Positions 14,148-26,975 of a stretch of 64,000 nucleotides of DNA are shown piece by piece. The stretch's first letter is position 1. Each line of letters opens with the position of its first letter. A model generated the notes under the pieces. It was given only the letters and a program-made list of their open reading frames with translations, made no database searches and had not been told where the DNA came from. Source of the stretch: Octopus vulgaris (lineage: Eukaryota); the NCBI GenBank assembly GCA_951406725.2, contig OX597823.1, positions 64,976,001 through 65,040,000 of the forward strand, given 5' to 3'. A program made the translations under genes and the position numbers.

Positions 14148-14387
14148 ACGACAGCCTTCTTTCAGTTTCCATCTGCCAAATCCACTCACAAGGCTTTGGT
14201 TGGCCCGAGGCTGTAGTAGAAGACACTTGCATCTCAATGTACTGCCCATTGCCCATGGTAGATTGACGTTCCAGAAAATCAAACAGAATGAAAACCTTGT
14301 AATCACAAAACACAATCTTCATAAGTTTCTGTTCTGGAACCATATGGTTGGTAAGCAAGCTACTTACCACACAGCCACTCCTGCGCC

Positions 14388-14390
<3 letters not shown>
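13463..14390 (-). mobile_element. Two tandem SINE A copies (13463-13897 and 13905-14390)
   Basis: Reverse-complement matches to 5633-6066. The second copy carries a foreign insert at 14231-14335. Confidence 0.8.
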
Positions 14391-14435
<45 letters not shown>

Positions 14436-14554
14436 TCTTCAGGCACTGTTGTCATGTGGATTGTGGTGATTTGTGCTACTCTTGTGTAATCATCTTCTGA
14501 TACAGTTTGAGAATGAAAAATGTCTTGTGGGTGAAAGTTGTTCAATGGAAACTA

Positions 14555-14614
14555 CAGTCTTCTGTTTTCTAAAATCATATGTATGTATGTATGATTTTAG
14601 AAAACAGAAGACTG
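14555..14614. repeat. Perfect 25-bp inverted repeat with a 10-nt loop
   Basis: cagtcttctgttttctaaaatcata / tatgattttagaaaacagaagactg. Confidence 0.95.
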
Positions 14615-15149
14615 CACATCAAACGATAAAATAAGAACCTGTAATTAAATATAATTTTTGTGTCTCATTAACAATGAATGAATATCAATTATATAATTAA
14701 AATCTTATAAGCTGATGGCATTGTCAAATCTTCAGAGATTGCGTTGCTGATTTCAGCATTGTTACTACTGATATTTTCCTGTGATTCCTGACTTTTCTTA
14801 TTGGTGTTGTTTTTATTGTTGCATTGTTGGTTATGGTTACGTATGGTTCACAATGGAAATAGGAAGGAGAAGGTGTAGGACATTCTTTTCATAGGCATTG
14901 TTCTAAAAGTCATCTGTACCCTGCCTCAGTGACACAATGCAATTTTATGTCAAACTATGCAAGTTTGTACTTTTGAAATAATAGCTGAAAGCCTGAAAAT
15001 ACTAGAAAACTGATCAGCTCTTCAGAAAGCGGGTCAGCATAATAACAAAAGTGTTTAACAATATCAACAAATGGAATTTATCAAATAAACAAACTAAACG
15101 ATAACTTACAAATGAATTTTAAGTACATGCCACTTGGACACAACAATAA

Positions 15150-15560
15150 CAATGATTTCAAATTTTGCCACAAGGACAGCAATTTTGGGGGAGGGGATGA
15201 GTCGATTACATTAACCCCAGGGTTCAACTGGCACTTATTTTATTGACCCTGAAACGATGAAAGGCAAAAACGACCTCAGCGGAATTTGAACTCAGAACAT
15301 AAGGATAGACGAAATACCTTTTTCTTTACTACCCTACCTATTTATTTACTACCCACAAGGAGCTAAACACAGAGAGGACAAACAAGGACAGACAAACGGA
15401 TTAAGTCGATTATATCGACCCCAGTGCATAACTGGTACTTATTTAATCGACCCCAAAAGGATGAAAGGCAAAGTCGACCTCGGCGGAATTTGAACTCAGA
15501 ACGTAGCGGCAGATGAAATACCACTAAGTATTTTGTCAGGCACAGTAACAATTCTGCTTC
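15150..15560 (-). mobile_element. Two adjacent or nested SINE B copies
   Basis: Two reverse-complement central domains (about 15200-15300 and 15400-15500). Confidence 0.75.
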
Positions 15561-16165
15561 AATATAATAACAACAAAAACAAGAACTACAACAATAATGA
15601 TATTTCTTTCTTAATCACAAGGAAACGATACAATGAAATATGATGAATGTTAAACAGAAGTCTTACAAAGATGTGTGAGAGAGGTCAAAAAATATGCAAA
15701 GAAGAGGTGAGGGTGAAAGGCAGTTATACAATTAATGAAGGGATGAGTTAAAAATTTATGAAACACAAGTAATTACACCGAAAGTAAATTGAAAATGTAT
15801 AATAAATCACGCAAAAATTAATGCAAGTTATAATTAAACAGAAAAGAAGAAAAACATAGCAGTCCACATAAAGGAAATGTTGAACATGAAAATAATTTTA
15901 ACGATAATGAAGACAGCAACAACAACAACAACAACAACAACACTCACTTTCTGAAAAACTTGTTAGAGAATACATAGAAGAATAGTAATGTCAAAGAAAC
16001 AAGTTTTGCTTCTGTTATAATTCAAAAAGAACTTTTTCGACTTAACGCCTTGATAACCACTTGAAAGCCTTTGGTCTGAGTTTTTGGTCCTGAATATACA
16101 ATAGACAATTACCTACCTTAAGCCTGATTCCACTCAACTGAGAAAATATCTCCAGTTATCTTGTG

Positions 16166-16513
16166 TAGACGCAAGAGTGGCTGTGTGGTAAGTAGGTTGC
16201 TGACCAACCACATGGTTCCGGGTTCAGTCCCACTGTGTGGCACCTTGGGCAAGTGTCTTCTACTATAGCCTCGGGTCGACCAAAGCCTTGTGAGTGGATT
16301 TGGTAGACGGAAACTGAAAGAAGCCCGTCGTATATATGCATATATATATGTATGTGTGTGTATGTTTGTGTGTCTGTGTTTGTCCCCCAGCATCGCTTGA
16401 CAACCGATGCTGGTGTGTTTACGTCCCCGTAACTTAGCAGTTCGGCAAAAGAGATCGATAGAATAAGTACTAGGCTTCCAAAGAATAAGTCCTGGGGTCG
16501 ATTTGCTCGACTA
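16166..16513 (+). mobile_element. SINE A copy
   Basis: High identity to the other family A copies; 3' truncated. Confidence 0.85.
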
Positions 16514-17276
16514 AATTAGTGAACTAAAGACTCTACTAATTGACTAGTGCTGTATTTTGTTAACCGTAGAGGAACGAAAAACGAAGGTGAACTTGGTAGG
16601 ATTTGAATTCAGAATGCAAATAGGTTGAGCAGATACTGCTAGACATTTTTCTCGTGCTCTAATGATTCAGCCAATCCAATGCGCTAAAGATAACTGTTTC
16701 CTATTTAAGCACAAGGCCAGCAGTTTTGAAGGGATGGGCTAATCGATAATATAGACCTTAAAAGTTGACTGCAACTTTATCGTTTTCGAAATTCAAAAAA
16801 TGAAAGACGAAAATATCAACCTCTGTGGATTTTGAACTCAGAATGTAAAAGGCGTTCGCTAACAACCACAAGACATTCTGCTCGATAATATGTCAATTCT
16901 CAGAAGAAAGAAAACGTTTTTTTTTCTTTTCTTTCGTTATATATTACCCGATATGAATGTCAGTGAAGAAAAGCAAGCAATTTTGATTAATAATAATAAT
17001 AACAATAATAATAATAATAATAATGATAATAACGACGGTAATGATGATGATTTAGGGTAAATTTATGATGCAGTCGTTAATGTTAAGTGGTTTGTACACA
17101 CGGGAATTGTTTGGCAATAGTAAATTATATTGCTGTCAAAATGGTATTTTAGCGGGCAATTAGCTATAAGTATATTAGAAATATTCAGGGAATACTTATT
17201 ACCAACCACAATACAGCGTTAAAATATCATTATCACTAAGAAAATCAGTTATGCACTTTCAAGAAATGAACTTAAC

Positions 17277-18600
17277 GTGGCGTGTCTGGGGTTAGGTAGA
17301 AAATATTCGACCGATCAGACTTTCTGATATATAAGATATTTAAGGTTAATTCAAGTTTTTGAATATTTGTTTCTGAAATGATTGCGGTGTGTGTGTGATG
17401 TGAGTAAAATCACAGCACAGTGCAAAGTAAGCTTCGGGAAAGTTAAGACAGCATCACGGTTGTTGTTGTAGTAGTTGTTGTTGTTTATGATGCTGTTGTT
17501 ATTGTTTGGTGACATGGTGGTCTTTTGCTGGTTTGAACTTACCTATGATGAAAAGGCTTACGTGTCCTTGGGAAGCAAACTTCTTACCGCACAGCCACGC
17601 CTACGCCTTTACCTTATATAAAGAAATTATCTTGGAGCTTGCTGAACTATCAGTTATAGTTCTGCCTACGCATGACACTATGATTACCCTTCACCAGGCA
17701 TTTGCTATATTCTGAACGCCTTACTTCCCTGGGCATGGATACATTGAAACTTCGACGTCTAGCAGCTGACTTGCCAGACACCCATAAAATTATTAACCAT
17801 CTTGCAAACAATAACTCTGAGCACCTTTCCAAACTCCACCTGGACATGTTTACAAAGTCAGAAAACAGCACAGCTCCCATGACTTTGGGAAACATTTTTT
17901 CAAGCTAAGAGTTGCTGAAGCATGGAAGCATGGAACAAACTGCTGGTATCAGTTGTTAGTTGTTGGAGCACTGCATCGTTCAAAACTTCCATGCTTCCTG
18001 AGATTCACCAACAATACACCTGATTTTCTCCCCTCCATACACATGCAAGCATGTCTCTGACTCATACACTCTTCGCTTTCCAGACATTTGTACATTACTG
18101 CATATACTTTATACGCACTTTTGACAAGTTGTGGTGCATCTAAGCACTGTATACAATAATTTCATTATTATTAACTCATTTTAAAACCGAAAGAGTTTTT
18201 TTGAAAATCTGTTTAAAATATACGTATTGCACCTAGCTTAGATACTTTATTTCTAAGAAACATTATGACTCCTATTAAACACCCAGCTGACTCTATAACG
18301 CCCCTTGGCATTTCCCCGTCTCTTTGTGAGCTTTGTGGCGTGCCTGAGGTTAGGTAGAAAATATTCGACTGATGAGACTTTCTGATATATAAAATATTTA
18401 AAGGTTAATTCAAGTTTTTGAATATTTGTTTCTGAAATGATTGCGTTGTGTGTGATGTGAGTAAAATCACAGCACAGTGCAAAGTAAGCTTCAGGAAAGT
18501 TAAGACATCACGGTTGTTGCTGTTGTTGATGCTGTTGTTATTGTTTAGTGACGTGGTGGTCTTTTGTTGGTTTGACCTTGCCTATGATCAAACGGCTTAC
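17277..18600 (+). repeat. About 280-bp direct repeats (17277-17561 and 18335-18600)
   Basis: Directly alignable copies flanking a SINE scrap and the CR1 fragment. Confidence 0.9.
17688..18172 (+). mobile_element. 3' end of CR1/L2-group LINE
   Basis: YSERLTSLGMDTLKLRRLAADL..THKII and LRVAEAWNKL..SVVSC...SFK are typical CR1 ORF2 C-terminal motifs. It ends in an (ATT)n tail. Confidence 0.8.
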
Positions 18601-19019
18601 ATTCGTGACCATCCCATCTTCTCACATACGCACACTAAAAAAACAAAAGCAAAAAGAAAACAAACAAACAAAAGTACAGCCAGCCACCAAACACAAATCA
18701 ATATGACTTGGAAACATGTACCGTACTTTTGCTAATTGTTTCAAGTCCTTGTGAAGTCGCGAGCAAATGTAGACACATTCTTGGTCACCTCACACTTGAC
18801 GTAGCTGACCATCTATGGCGTGACAACTAGAGACAGAGTAGGGTGCGTCAACACTCGATTGATATACATTGCAGATGAGTTGCTGTCTTGGGCAAGGCTG
18901 AAATAAATGAAAGAGACTCGGTTGCCACGACAAATACTCTATTCACACTTGTCTGGTGGTATGAAAAACAGGCTACCCCTTGACTGAAATACAAGGGTGT
19001 CGCTATATCTATAACATTC

Positions 19020-19425
19020 TTTCTTTCTTTTATTCTTTTACTTGTTTCAGTCATTTGACTGCAGCCATGTTGGAGCACCGCCCATAGTCGAGCAAATCGA
19101 CCCCCAGGACTTATTCTTTGTAAGCCTAGTACTTATTCTATCGGTCTCTTTTGCCGAACTGCTAAGTTACGGGGACGTAAACACACCAGCATCGGTTGTC
19201 AAGCGATGTTGGGGGGACAAATGCAGACATACAAACATACATACACATACATATATAAACATACATACGACGGGCTTCTTTCAGTTTCCGTCTACCAAAT
19301 CTACTCACAAGGCTTTGGTTGACCCGAGACTATAGTAGAAGACACTTGCCCGAGGTGCCACGCAGTGGGACTGAACCCAGAAACATGTAGTTAGGAAGCA
19401 AGCTACTTACCACACAGCCACTCCT
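19020..19425 (-). mobile_element. SINE A copy
   Basis: Full-length reverse-complement match. Confidence 0.85.
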
Positions 19426-20269
19426 AAGTAAATTTAAAATAATTATCCGAAGCTGGACCACAGAAAACGATGACAAGATACCAGCAAAGGAGATCAGTTA
19501 ACTTTCGAGTGTAAAAAATGGTAAAGACTCACTTCTGTCATGAATGACCATGGAATTGCACCTAGAAAGTTACCCTTCAAGGCACGCACAAGTCTGGGCA
19601 AGGTTGTTTATTGAAGACCAGCAGTTGCCCATACATACCAGCCTCTCCTCTCCACTCCACGTCTCTGAAGATATCCAAAGGCTGATACAACTTGACACCA
19701 GTGATGTCGCAACTCATTTCTACAGCTGAGTGAACTGGAGCAACATAGAATAAAGAACATAATACACAGCCCGGTCCTGGAATCGAACTCACTATTTCAT
19801 GCTTGTGAGCCCAACTCTCTAACCACTGAACCATGCGATATCTCCTATTTACAGTCATTGTTGCCTAATGCTGGCTTGCCTATTATTGTGTCCAATGAGT
19901 CCTTCAAATTTTTTTAAGTTGGTAAGATTTAACTTAAGGGAACTTTGACTGCTCTTTTCAGGTGAGGCAACCAGGATGAGCTTCTTCTGTTGGTATCCAA
20001 ACCAAAACACCAGTGTTTTTAGAGTACAATGTTGTTTTTTTTTTCACTTAAAACAATTATCAATTTGAAGGTCATTTGGCTACTATTTCTAGAAGATCGG
20101 TCGAACTTGTTGATACTCTCCCCTGCTTTTATTGGCTGATAATAACTAATTCCTTTCAAATGCATCACTTAATATTAGAAATCGCATCCGGTTGATGTAT
20201 GCAGAATGTAAGGTTAGTTACGTCATCAGCTTTTAATATCTGGTTTTAGCTTTTTCCATTCAACAGATA

Positions 20270-20479
20270 CACACACATATATATATATATACACATATAT
20301 TTATGTATGCATATATATTTATGTATGCATATATATTCATGTATGCATGTAAATATATTTATGTATGTATGTATATATATATATTCTCTCTCTCGCACTC
20401 TCTCTCTCCCCCTCTCTCTCTCTGTATGTGTGTGTAGTTTCGTTACTTACTTACATATATTCATATGTATGTATGCATA

Positions 20480-20517
<38 letters not shown>

Positions 20518-20700
20518 CATATATATTTATGTATGCATATATATTTATGTATGCATATATATTTATGTATGCATATATATTCATGTATGCATGTATATAT
20601 ATTTATGCATGTATGTATGTATATATATTCTCTCTCTCGCACTCTCTCTCTCTCTCTCTCTCTCTCCCTCTCTCTCTCTGTATGTGTGTGTAGTTTCGTT
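20270..20700. repeat. TA/TC-rich minisatellite with 18-bp units (tatgtatgcatatatatt) and a local duplication
   Basis: Repeated units; two copies of the ctctctcgcactctc..tgtgtgtagtttcgtt end. Confidence 0.85.
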
Positions 20701-21839
20701 GATGTTCTTCGCACGAAACTCTCGTCCTTAAAGTCATATTTGTAACTTTTCTAGCAAGAATACATACATATGCATATAATAAGTATCTATATGTGTCTGT
20801 CTATTGCAGTAATAATCCAGTTATTATCTGTTCATAACTTATGATTTCACTTCTATCAAGATTAAAAATTCAGTGGCACCATTCAAATTCATTATAATAT
20901 GTTGAATTTTAATCAGTGGCATCTTCATATCATGTACATAATGAGTTTTCTAGCAAGAAGCTGTTTTATCGTTCAAAACTGTTACTTAAATCATTTACTA
21001 CAATGATGCCATAAATACAGAACCATTACAAATTTTGAGACATTTTCTATTATAATTCTAAATATGACGAATATCGACTGCGCTTTTCAGCCTTTCAGTG
21101 TCAATTAAGCAAGTGCTCGTTATAATTGTAATTAAGTAACTCTTTAATATTCAGATAACTTTAAATTCCTATTGATCTTTTATCTTTTATCTTTTATCCC
21201 TCACTTGTTTCAGTCATTTGACTGTGGCCATGCTGGGGCCATGCTACCTTGAAAGGCTTTAGTCGAACAAATCAACCGTAGGACTTATTTTTTTTAACGA
21301 CTAGTACTTATTTTATCGGACGGTTTTGCCGAACCGTTAGTTCCCCAAGGACGTAAGCACACCAACACTGGTTATCGAGTGGTAGTGGGAAGATCTTCCG
21401 TAGGCGCGTAGTATTTATCAAAGCTATTCCAGTTAAAGCATCCAGCCTATTTCAAAGCAAAGAGAGGTTTGGCTGCTATTTTCAGAAGATAAAGCAACCA
21501 CGTAGAACAATAGTTCTTAAATAGTGTGTCGTGCATTAAAAAATGTAATTTATAAAATCAATACTAATGCGCTTGATTGCTTTTTTAAAACTGTGATGTT
21601 CATTCATAATTTTTCTAAAAAGAACTACAACGAATAAACAAGGCGAGCAATAGTTCTACGTTTCTTTTTGCACCTCTTCTGCTATTACTACTCGTGCTGC
21701 TGTTATTATTGCTACTACAGTTATTCTATATTATCTGCTACCTGAACAAGAAGCATCTGTTCTTTATGATTTGTATCTTCATCCAATGGGATTAGAGAGA
21801 CGGTTGTCGTACGCACCAACTTCTACTGTGTTATGTCTG

Positions 21840-22106
21840 TTATGTAAGATAATTGCCAATTTGTTCACTGCTATTGTATTTACACTTAGCTGCTACCTTT
21901 TTCAAGATATACCGATGAAATTCCGTAAAAACGAATAACATTGTAACGAATTCTTTAATGCAAAACATTTCTTTCAAATTCTCAGCCACACTGTTGAACA
22001 AATGGTGTCGGTTTGCTAGTGAGAAGAGATCGGCTAACAGAAAATGTATCAGACTTAAATCAGTACAGCTGTTGATTTTATCGTTTAACCCTTTAAAACC
22101 GTACCC
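21840..22106 (-). pseudogene. Open exon-like segment resembling dynein pre-AAA6 region (L..FQRL.LLRCLRPD)
   Basis: Acceptor ggttctacag|GGG. Open frame GYGFKGLNDKINSCTDLSLIHFLLADLFSLANRHHLFNSVAENLKEMFCIKEFVTMLFVFTEFHRYILKKVAAKCKY with protein-like composition. Confidence 0.4.
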
Positions 22107-22239
22107 CTGTAGAACCACAGTGCAATAACTGAAACAAGTAGAAGATTTAAAGAACATTGTCACTCAATTCGGTAATGAATATCTAAATATGTTATGTCCG
22201 TGAAACCAGCATTATATATGTAACATAGAGTGCCTTTAG

Positions 22240-22860
22240 AGGGTAACGTCCCCCTTTGGGCATGAATGACTATAGGATTGCACCGAGAAAATTACCCTCC
22301 GAGGCATAAGTCGGGGCAAGGTTGCTTATGGAAGACTAGCAGTCGTCCATGTATATACCAACCTCCCTTCTCCACGCCACCGATGTTATGCAAAGGAAAG
22401 GCAAAGGCCGATACAGCTTGGAGCCAATGACGTTGCAACTCATTTCTACAGCTGAATGAACTGGAGCAACCGGTCCGGGAATCGAACTCGCTACCTAATG
22501 AAATTGAGCCCGATGCCATAACCACTGAGTCATGCACCTTCAGTACGTGTATCCGAGACCCCCTTCGGTCACGACACTGACCATGGGATTGCACCTAGAA
22601 AGTTACCCTCCTAGTCACAAGTATGGGCAAGGTGGTTTATGGAAGACCAGCAGTCGCCCATGCATACCGGCCTCCCCTCTCTACGCCACCAGTGTTATCC
22701 AAGGGAAAGGCAACTCATTTCTACAGCTGAGTGAACTGGAGCAACGTGAAATAAAGTGTCTTGCTCAAGAACACAACACGCAGCCCGGTCCGGGATTCAA
22801 GCTCACAACCTCACGATCGTAAGCTCGACGCTCTAACCACTGAGCCATGCGCCTTCACGT
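22240..22860 (-). mobile_element. Two tandem copies of tRNA-derived CORE-type SINE family D
   Basis: Head gtgaaggcgcatggctcagtggttagagcg and CORE-like ttcttgagcaagacacttta. Other copies are at 19520-19840(-) and 43830-44066(+). Confidence 0.8.
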
Positions 22861-23531
22861 GTATAAACAGGACTAATTTAGCTGTTTCACTGTAGATTGA
22901 AAGAAAAGATATAAAAGACCTAAATCAATTTTCGAATATTATTGAATTCTCATCAGTGGCATCTACATGAATTTGATCAGTTCCAGAGAAACGATCAGCC
23001 AATTTGTTTATATACTCAACTATTACAGTAGCTGCAGAAGACCGGCGCTACTAATTTGCATACCATACGTGTTAACACTTTATTTTAAATATCAGGAGCA
23101 TGTCAACGCAGTTCACAGTATCAAGTTATGGTATAGCATATGTAACCTATGTAGTATCTTTATAAAGAGGACAAAAAATTTTGTTGTGTCGCTGTACACT
23201 GAAAAAAAAATGATGAACAATTTGAATCGGCTTGTTAGGGTAGAGAAAGGGTAGCATGCCTGTAATTTGTTTGTTGATTAGAAACAGTTCATTGTAGCAT
23301 TCCATTTCACAAATGATGGATTTAGCTGGATCTAAACGTTAAGAAGCGTATGTTTGATAACAGTTTGCAGAAAACTGTGAATATATGAAGAAGCTATTAT
23401 TGGAATATTTTAATAAGTCATTATTGCTTAACCCCAGTCAGCCCCGACCGAACAAATACGTCACAAATGGCATGCTATGCGTGCACGTCCCATTTGCTTT
23501 GTATATTGTAGACATCATTGTATAATGTAGG

Positions 23532-23697
23532 CACTAGCGTAGCTAGAGAGCGGGCGGTAGGGGCGGTTCACTCTGGGCGGCTCTTTTAAAGGGGTGCCAT
23601 TTTTGGGTCTGCTGTAGGCAATATGTATTTTTGTGAGGTCCGGGGGCTGCAAACGGAAGGGTCGCCCCGGGCAGCACACACTCTAGCTACGCTAGTG
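23532..23697. mobile_element. hAT-type MITE (166 bp)
   Basis: Perfect 17-bp TIRs (cactagcgtagctagag / ctctagctacgctagtg) and an 8-bp TSD aatgtagg at 23524-23531 and 23698-23705. Confidence 0.9.
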
Positions 23698-24730
23698 AAT
23701 GTAGGTCAGTTTATTTTCTCTTTGTTTTTCTTTTAAACGCCAGGGTATAATTTGAAGGATGCTTAGCTTCTCTTTCTAGTGGATCGAGCAATCCCGACAA
23801 ATCCCATTGACAACCAGTATTTTAATATCATAAATTATAGAGAAGTGAAATAGTTCAGTGGGATTTTAGCAATGTCTTTGACGAGGATTCTAATTTTAGT
23901 CTTGAGGTATAACAATACTGACAGAGTCGAATGTAATTTTGTGTTGTAAAATAACAAAAACAAAATAGCCACCAACAAATTAGAGAAGAGAAGTGGCAGC
24001 ACATAGGTGAAGTTTAAATCCATTAGCTGAAATGGATGCTTAGTAGATCGACGTTTAGCTTCTGTTTAAGATGTTATTCTGGTAATAAGTTTTCTTCATG
24101 TTATTGCGTCATTTTATCTTGTGCAAAATTCCACTGGCTGTGAAAACTATTTATGAGAGTTTTGTGAAGTGGAATACTTAGAAAGAATCTATTGCTTACT
24201 TAGCGAAGTGCTCGCGAAATATCTGAGCCAATATGATGAGATCATCATGTCTAGATGTTATTGATAAATTCCTTATAATTTTAGGTACTTTGAGTGTATG
24301 TGTGTGTGTTTGTCTGTGTGTTGGTACATGTGCATTTGTGTAAATATTGAATATTGGCTTCAAATTTTGACACAAGGTCAGCGGTTTTGGAGGAGGAAGT
24401 AAATCGATTACATCATTTTCAGTGCTCAACTGCTATTTATTTTATCGACCCCCGAATGGATGAGAGGTGAAGTCGATCTCGGCAGAATTTGAAATCAGAA
24501 CGTAAAGACGGCGTGTTAACGATTCTGCCAGCTCACCGCCTTGTGACTACTGAATATTGCATTGCGAATCTTTTTGGTAGATTTAATCTGTTACTCGGCT
24601 TATTAACCAGCTGACCTTTGGGTGACTTTAGCATCCTTTTGCAAGCATTCGGAACATGGTTTTGGAATTAGGAGACCCTAAACTTGGCTAAATCAAATAA
24701 GAAATATATAAATACTAGATCTGTGGATTC

Positions 24731-25335
24731 TTAGATTTCGTCATTTTCATTTTGTGGTGGAAGAAACTGATAATGGTTCATACTATACCTGAAGCAAAGA
24801 TATATAAGTTTCTTTCAAGCAGTTTATTTTCGTTTAAGTTTAATAGCTACAGCACAAAAGACCTTTCGATTTATTTATTTTATGTCACAAATTGCCAATA
24901 ACTGGTTCACTGCATTTCTTACAGCGAGAATGACATGGGAGAGTGTGTAAACAGAGGTCTTCATTTGAGTTGATTTTCTCAATGATGTTTAGATAATTTA
25001 TTACAACAGCGAATACATTTATACGCATCTATATGACTTCGTCAGAGGAGAAAAGAAGCATCGATAATTGTTTTCAAGATCTCTGAATAACTTGTACGTG
25101 AATAGTTTCTATGTAACATTGTATTAATCTGAACTCTATGCACATACTGTGAATGTTTACATAACTCATGCAATTGTTGTTTGAATAACCATGGTGTGTT
25201 GGAAGCCAATAGATCAAACCATTCTCTATATAGGCTTTCTCGTTTCGAGACATGCTTTCTGAAGATTTGAAGCTAAATCCTAATTTCACATCTCAATACG
25301 ACCGTTGTGGTGGATAGAGAAACTCCAAGACAGTA
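24731..25335 (-). pseudogene. Two pseudo-exons (25148-25335 and 24731-24788) resembling the dynein post-strut YRPVA...YQYS region
   Basis: The CA|gtatgt donor joins in phase to the tttgcttcag|G acceptor. The joined reading is LQIFRKHVSKRESLYREWFDLLASNTPWLFKQQLHELCKHSQYSMNHYQFLPPQNENDEI*. Confidence 0.4.
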
Positions 25336-26614
25336 CTGAAAACTAAGTAGCTTTCTTGATACATTGTAGATTCGAGTTGTAAAGAAGGTAGTAGGTTTTG
25401 TCGAATGATATTTGGCAGTAGTGTGGATGAATTAGAATTAATTAACTACAGAAAAATTCTGTACGTGGTGTATGTGATTGATCCCCTGTTAAAAAACAGA
25501 ATGGATTTTATAAAAGAAGCTTTAGCTACTGAGCCGAACGAATATCAGTCACCGAGGAAGCATAATAAAAACGAAAGACATAACATTATTTTTGCCACTG
25601 AGCTTCACAAACAAGATTTACTGCCATTTACATCGTCTATACTTTCGCTAATATATATTTGCTCGATTACTAGCTAAGTTTCATTTGCTCAATGTTGTCG
25701 CTGATATTATTTTTGTTGTAGTCACTATTATCATTGCACGTGCGGTTTTTTTCTTGGTTGTTGCTGTTGTTGTTGTTTATGCTTATGTAAGATTTGATGG
25801 AAGTCGTTCATTCATCAATATTCCGACGTTTTCGTTCACTGCGCGTCTAAAATTAACTTATAACATTTGTCTTTCCTTTTTTTTAAATGTGGTATGGTGT
25901 AATTTGAGTGGGATTTAATTGTTATTTCTTGTAGATCGAGATACCACATAGAGATTGCATGGCTGGTTCTTTTGCTTATTGTTGAATACAAAAGTGTGGA
26001 ATTCGATATTGTTATTGTGACATTTGATAAAACAGAATCAGTGTTGAAGTTGATGTTATTGCTTTAGTTTAACCCTAGGTCAGCCCTGATGAAATACAAA
26101 CATGATTAAACACGTTTCATCTGTGATCACGGCTGCAACTAGGACTACATTGCTCAGTTTCCCTTTTTCTTTTGTAGATTTTATGGCGTGATATGATGGA
26201 ATTTAGGTGCTATTTCTAGAAAGTCTATATAAGTAACATCGATAACTACTTGTTTAGGTGCGAGATCTAGTGGTTTTAGGTGTTCGACTCATGCTTATCA
26301 AATTTCGATTTTGTTCGATTCTCGGACCATGTTTTACATTGTACTTTTGAGCAATGTTCTCCATTTTATGTTGCTTCAGCTCATTCAGATGAAAAATATA
26401 AGTGTCAGTTATAGCAAAGGAGGTAATACGGGGACGGGCTAGTTTTCCGTTCAGTGGGGCGAGGTGCTGTAGCATAATAGAAATCCGAATATATTCCGGC
26501 CTATTGGGCGTGTAGGTCCGAAACAGATTTTGAAATTTAATATATTGGTAATTGTTTATCATAGTGCCTTGCTTTGAAATTGAAGGCTCATAATATAAAT
26601 GTATTATCGTTTGA

Positions 26615-26975
26615 CTTTTCTTTGTTTCAGTCATTTGATTGCGGCTATGCTGGGGCACCGCCTTGAAGCCTTTTAGTCGAATAAATCGACCCCAGGAATT
26701 ATCTTATTTTTTGAAGCCTAGCACTTATTCTGTCAGGCTCTTGTGCCGGACCCTTAAGTTACGGGGTCGTAAACATACCAACATCGTTTGTCAAGCGGTG
26801 GTGGAGGACAAACATAAACATAAAGACACATACACTCACACGCACACAAGTTCACGTCTACCAAATCCACTCACAAGTCTTTGGTCGGCCCAAGGTGCCG
26901 CGCAATAGGACTGAACTCGGAAACATGTGGTTCGGAAGCAAGCGTCTTACTTACCACACAGCCATGCCTGAACCT
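26615..26975 (-). mobile_element. SINE A copy (diverged)
   Basis: Reverse-complement match with internal deletions. Confidence 0.75.
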
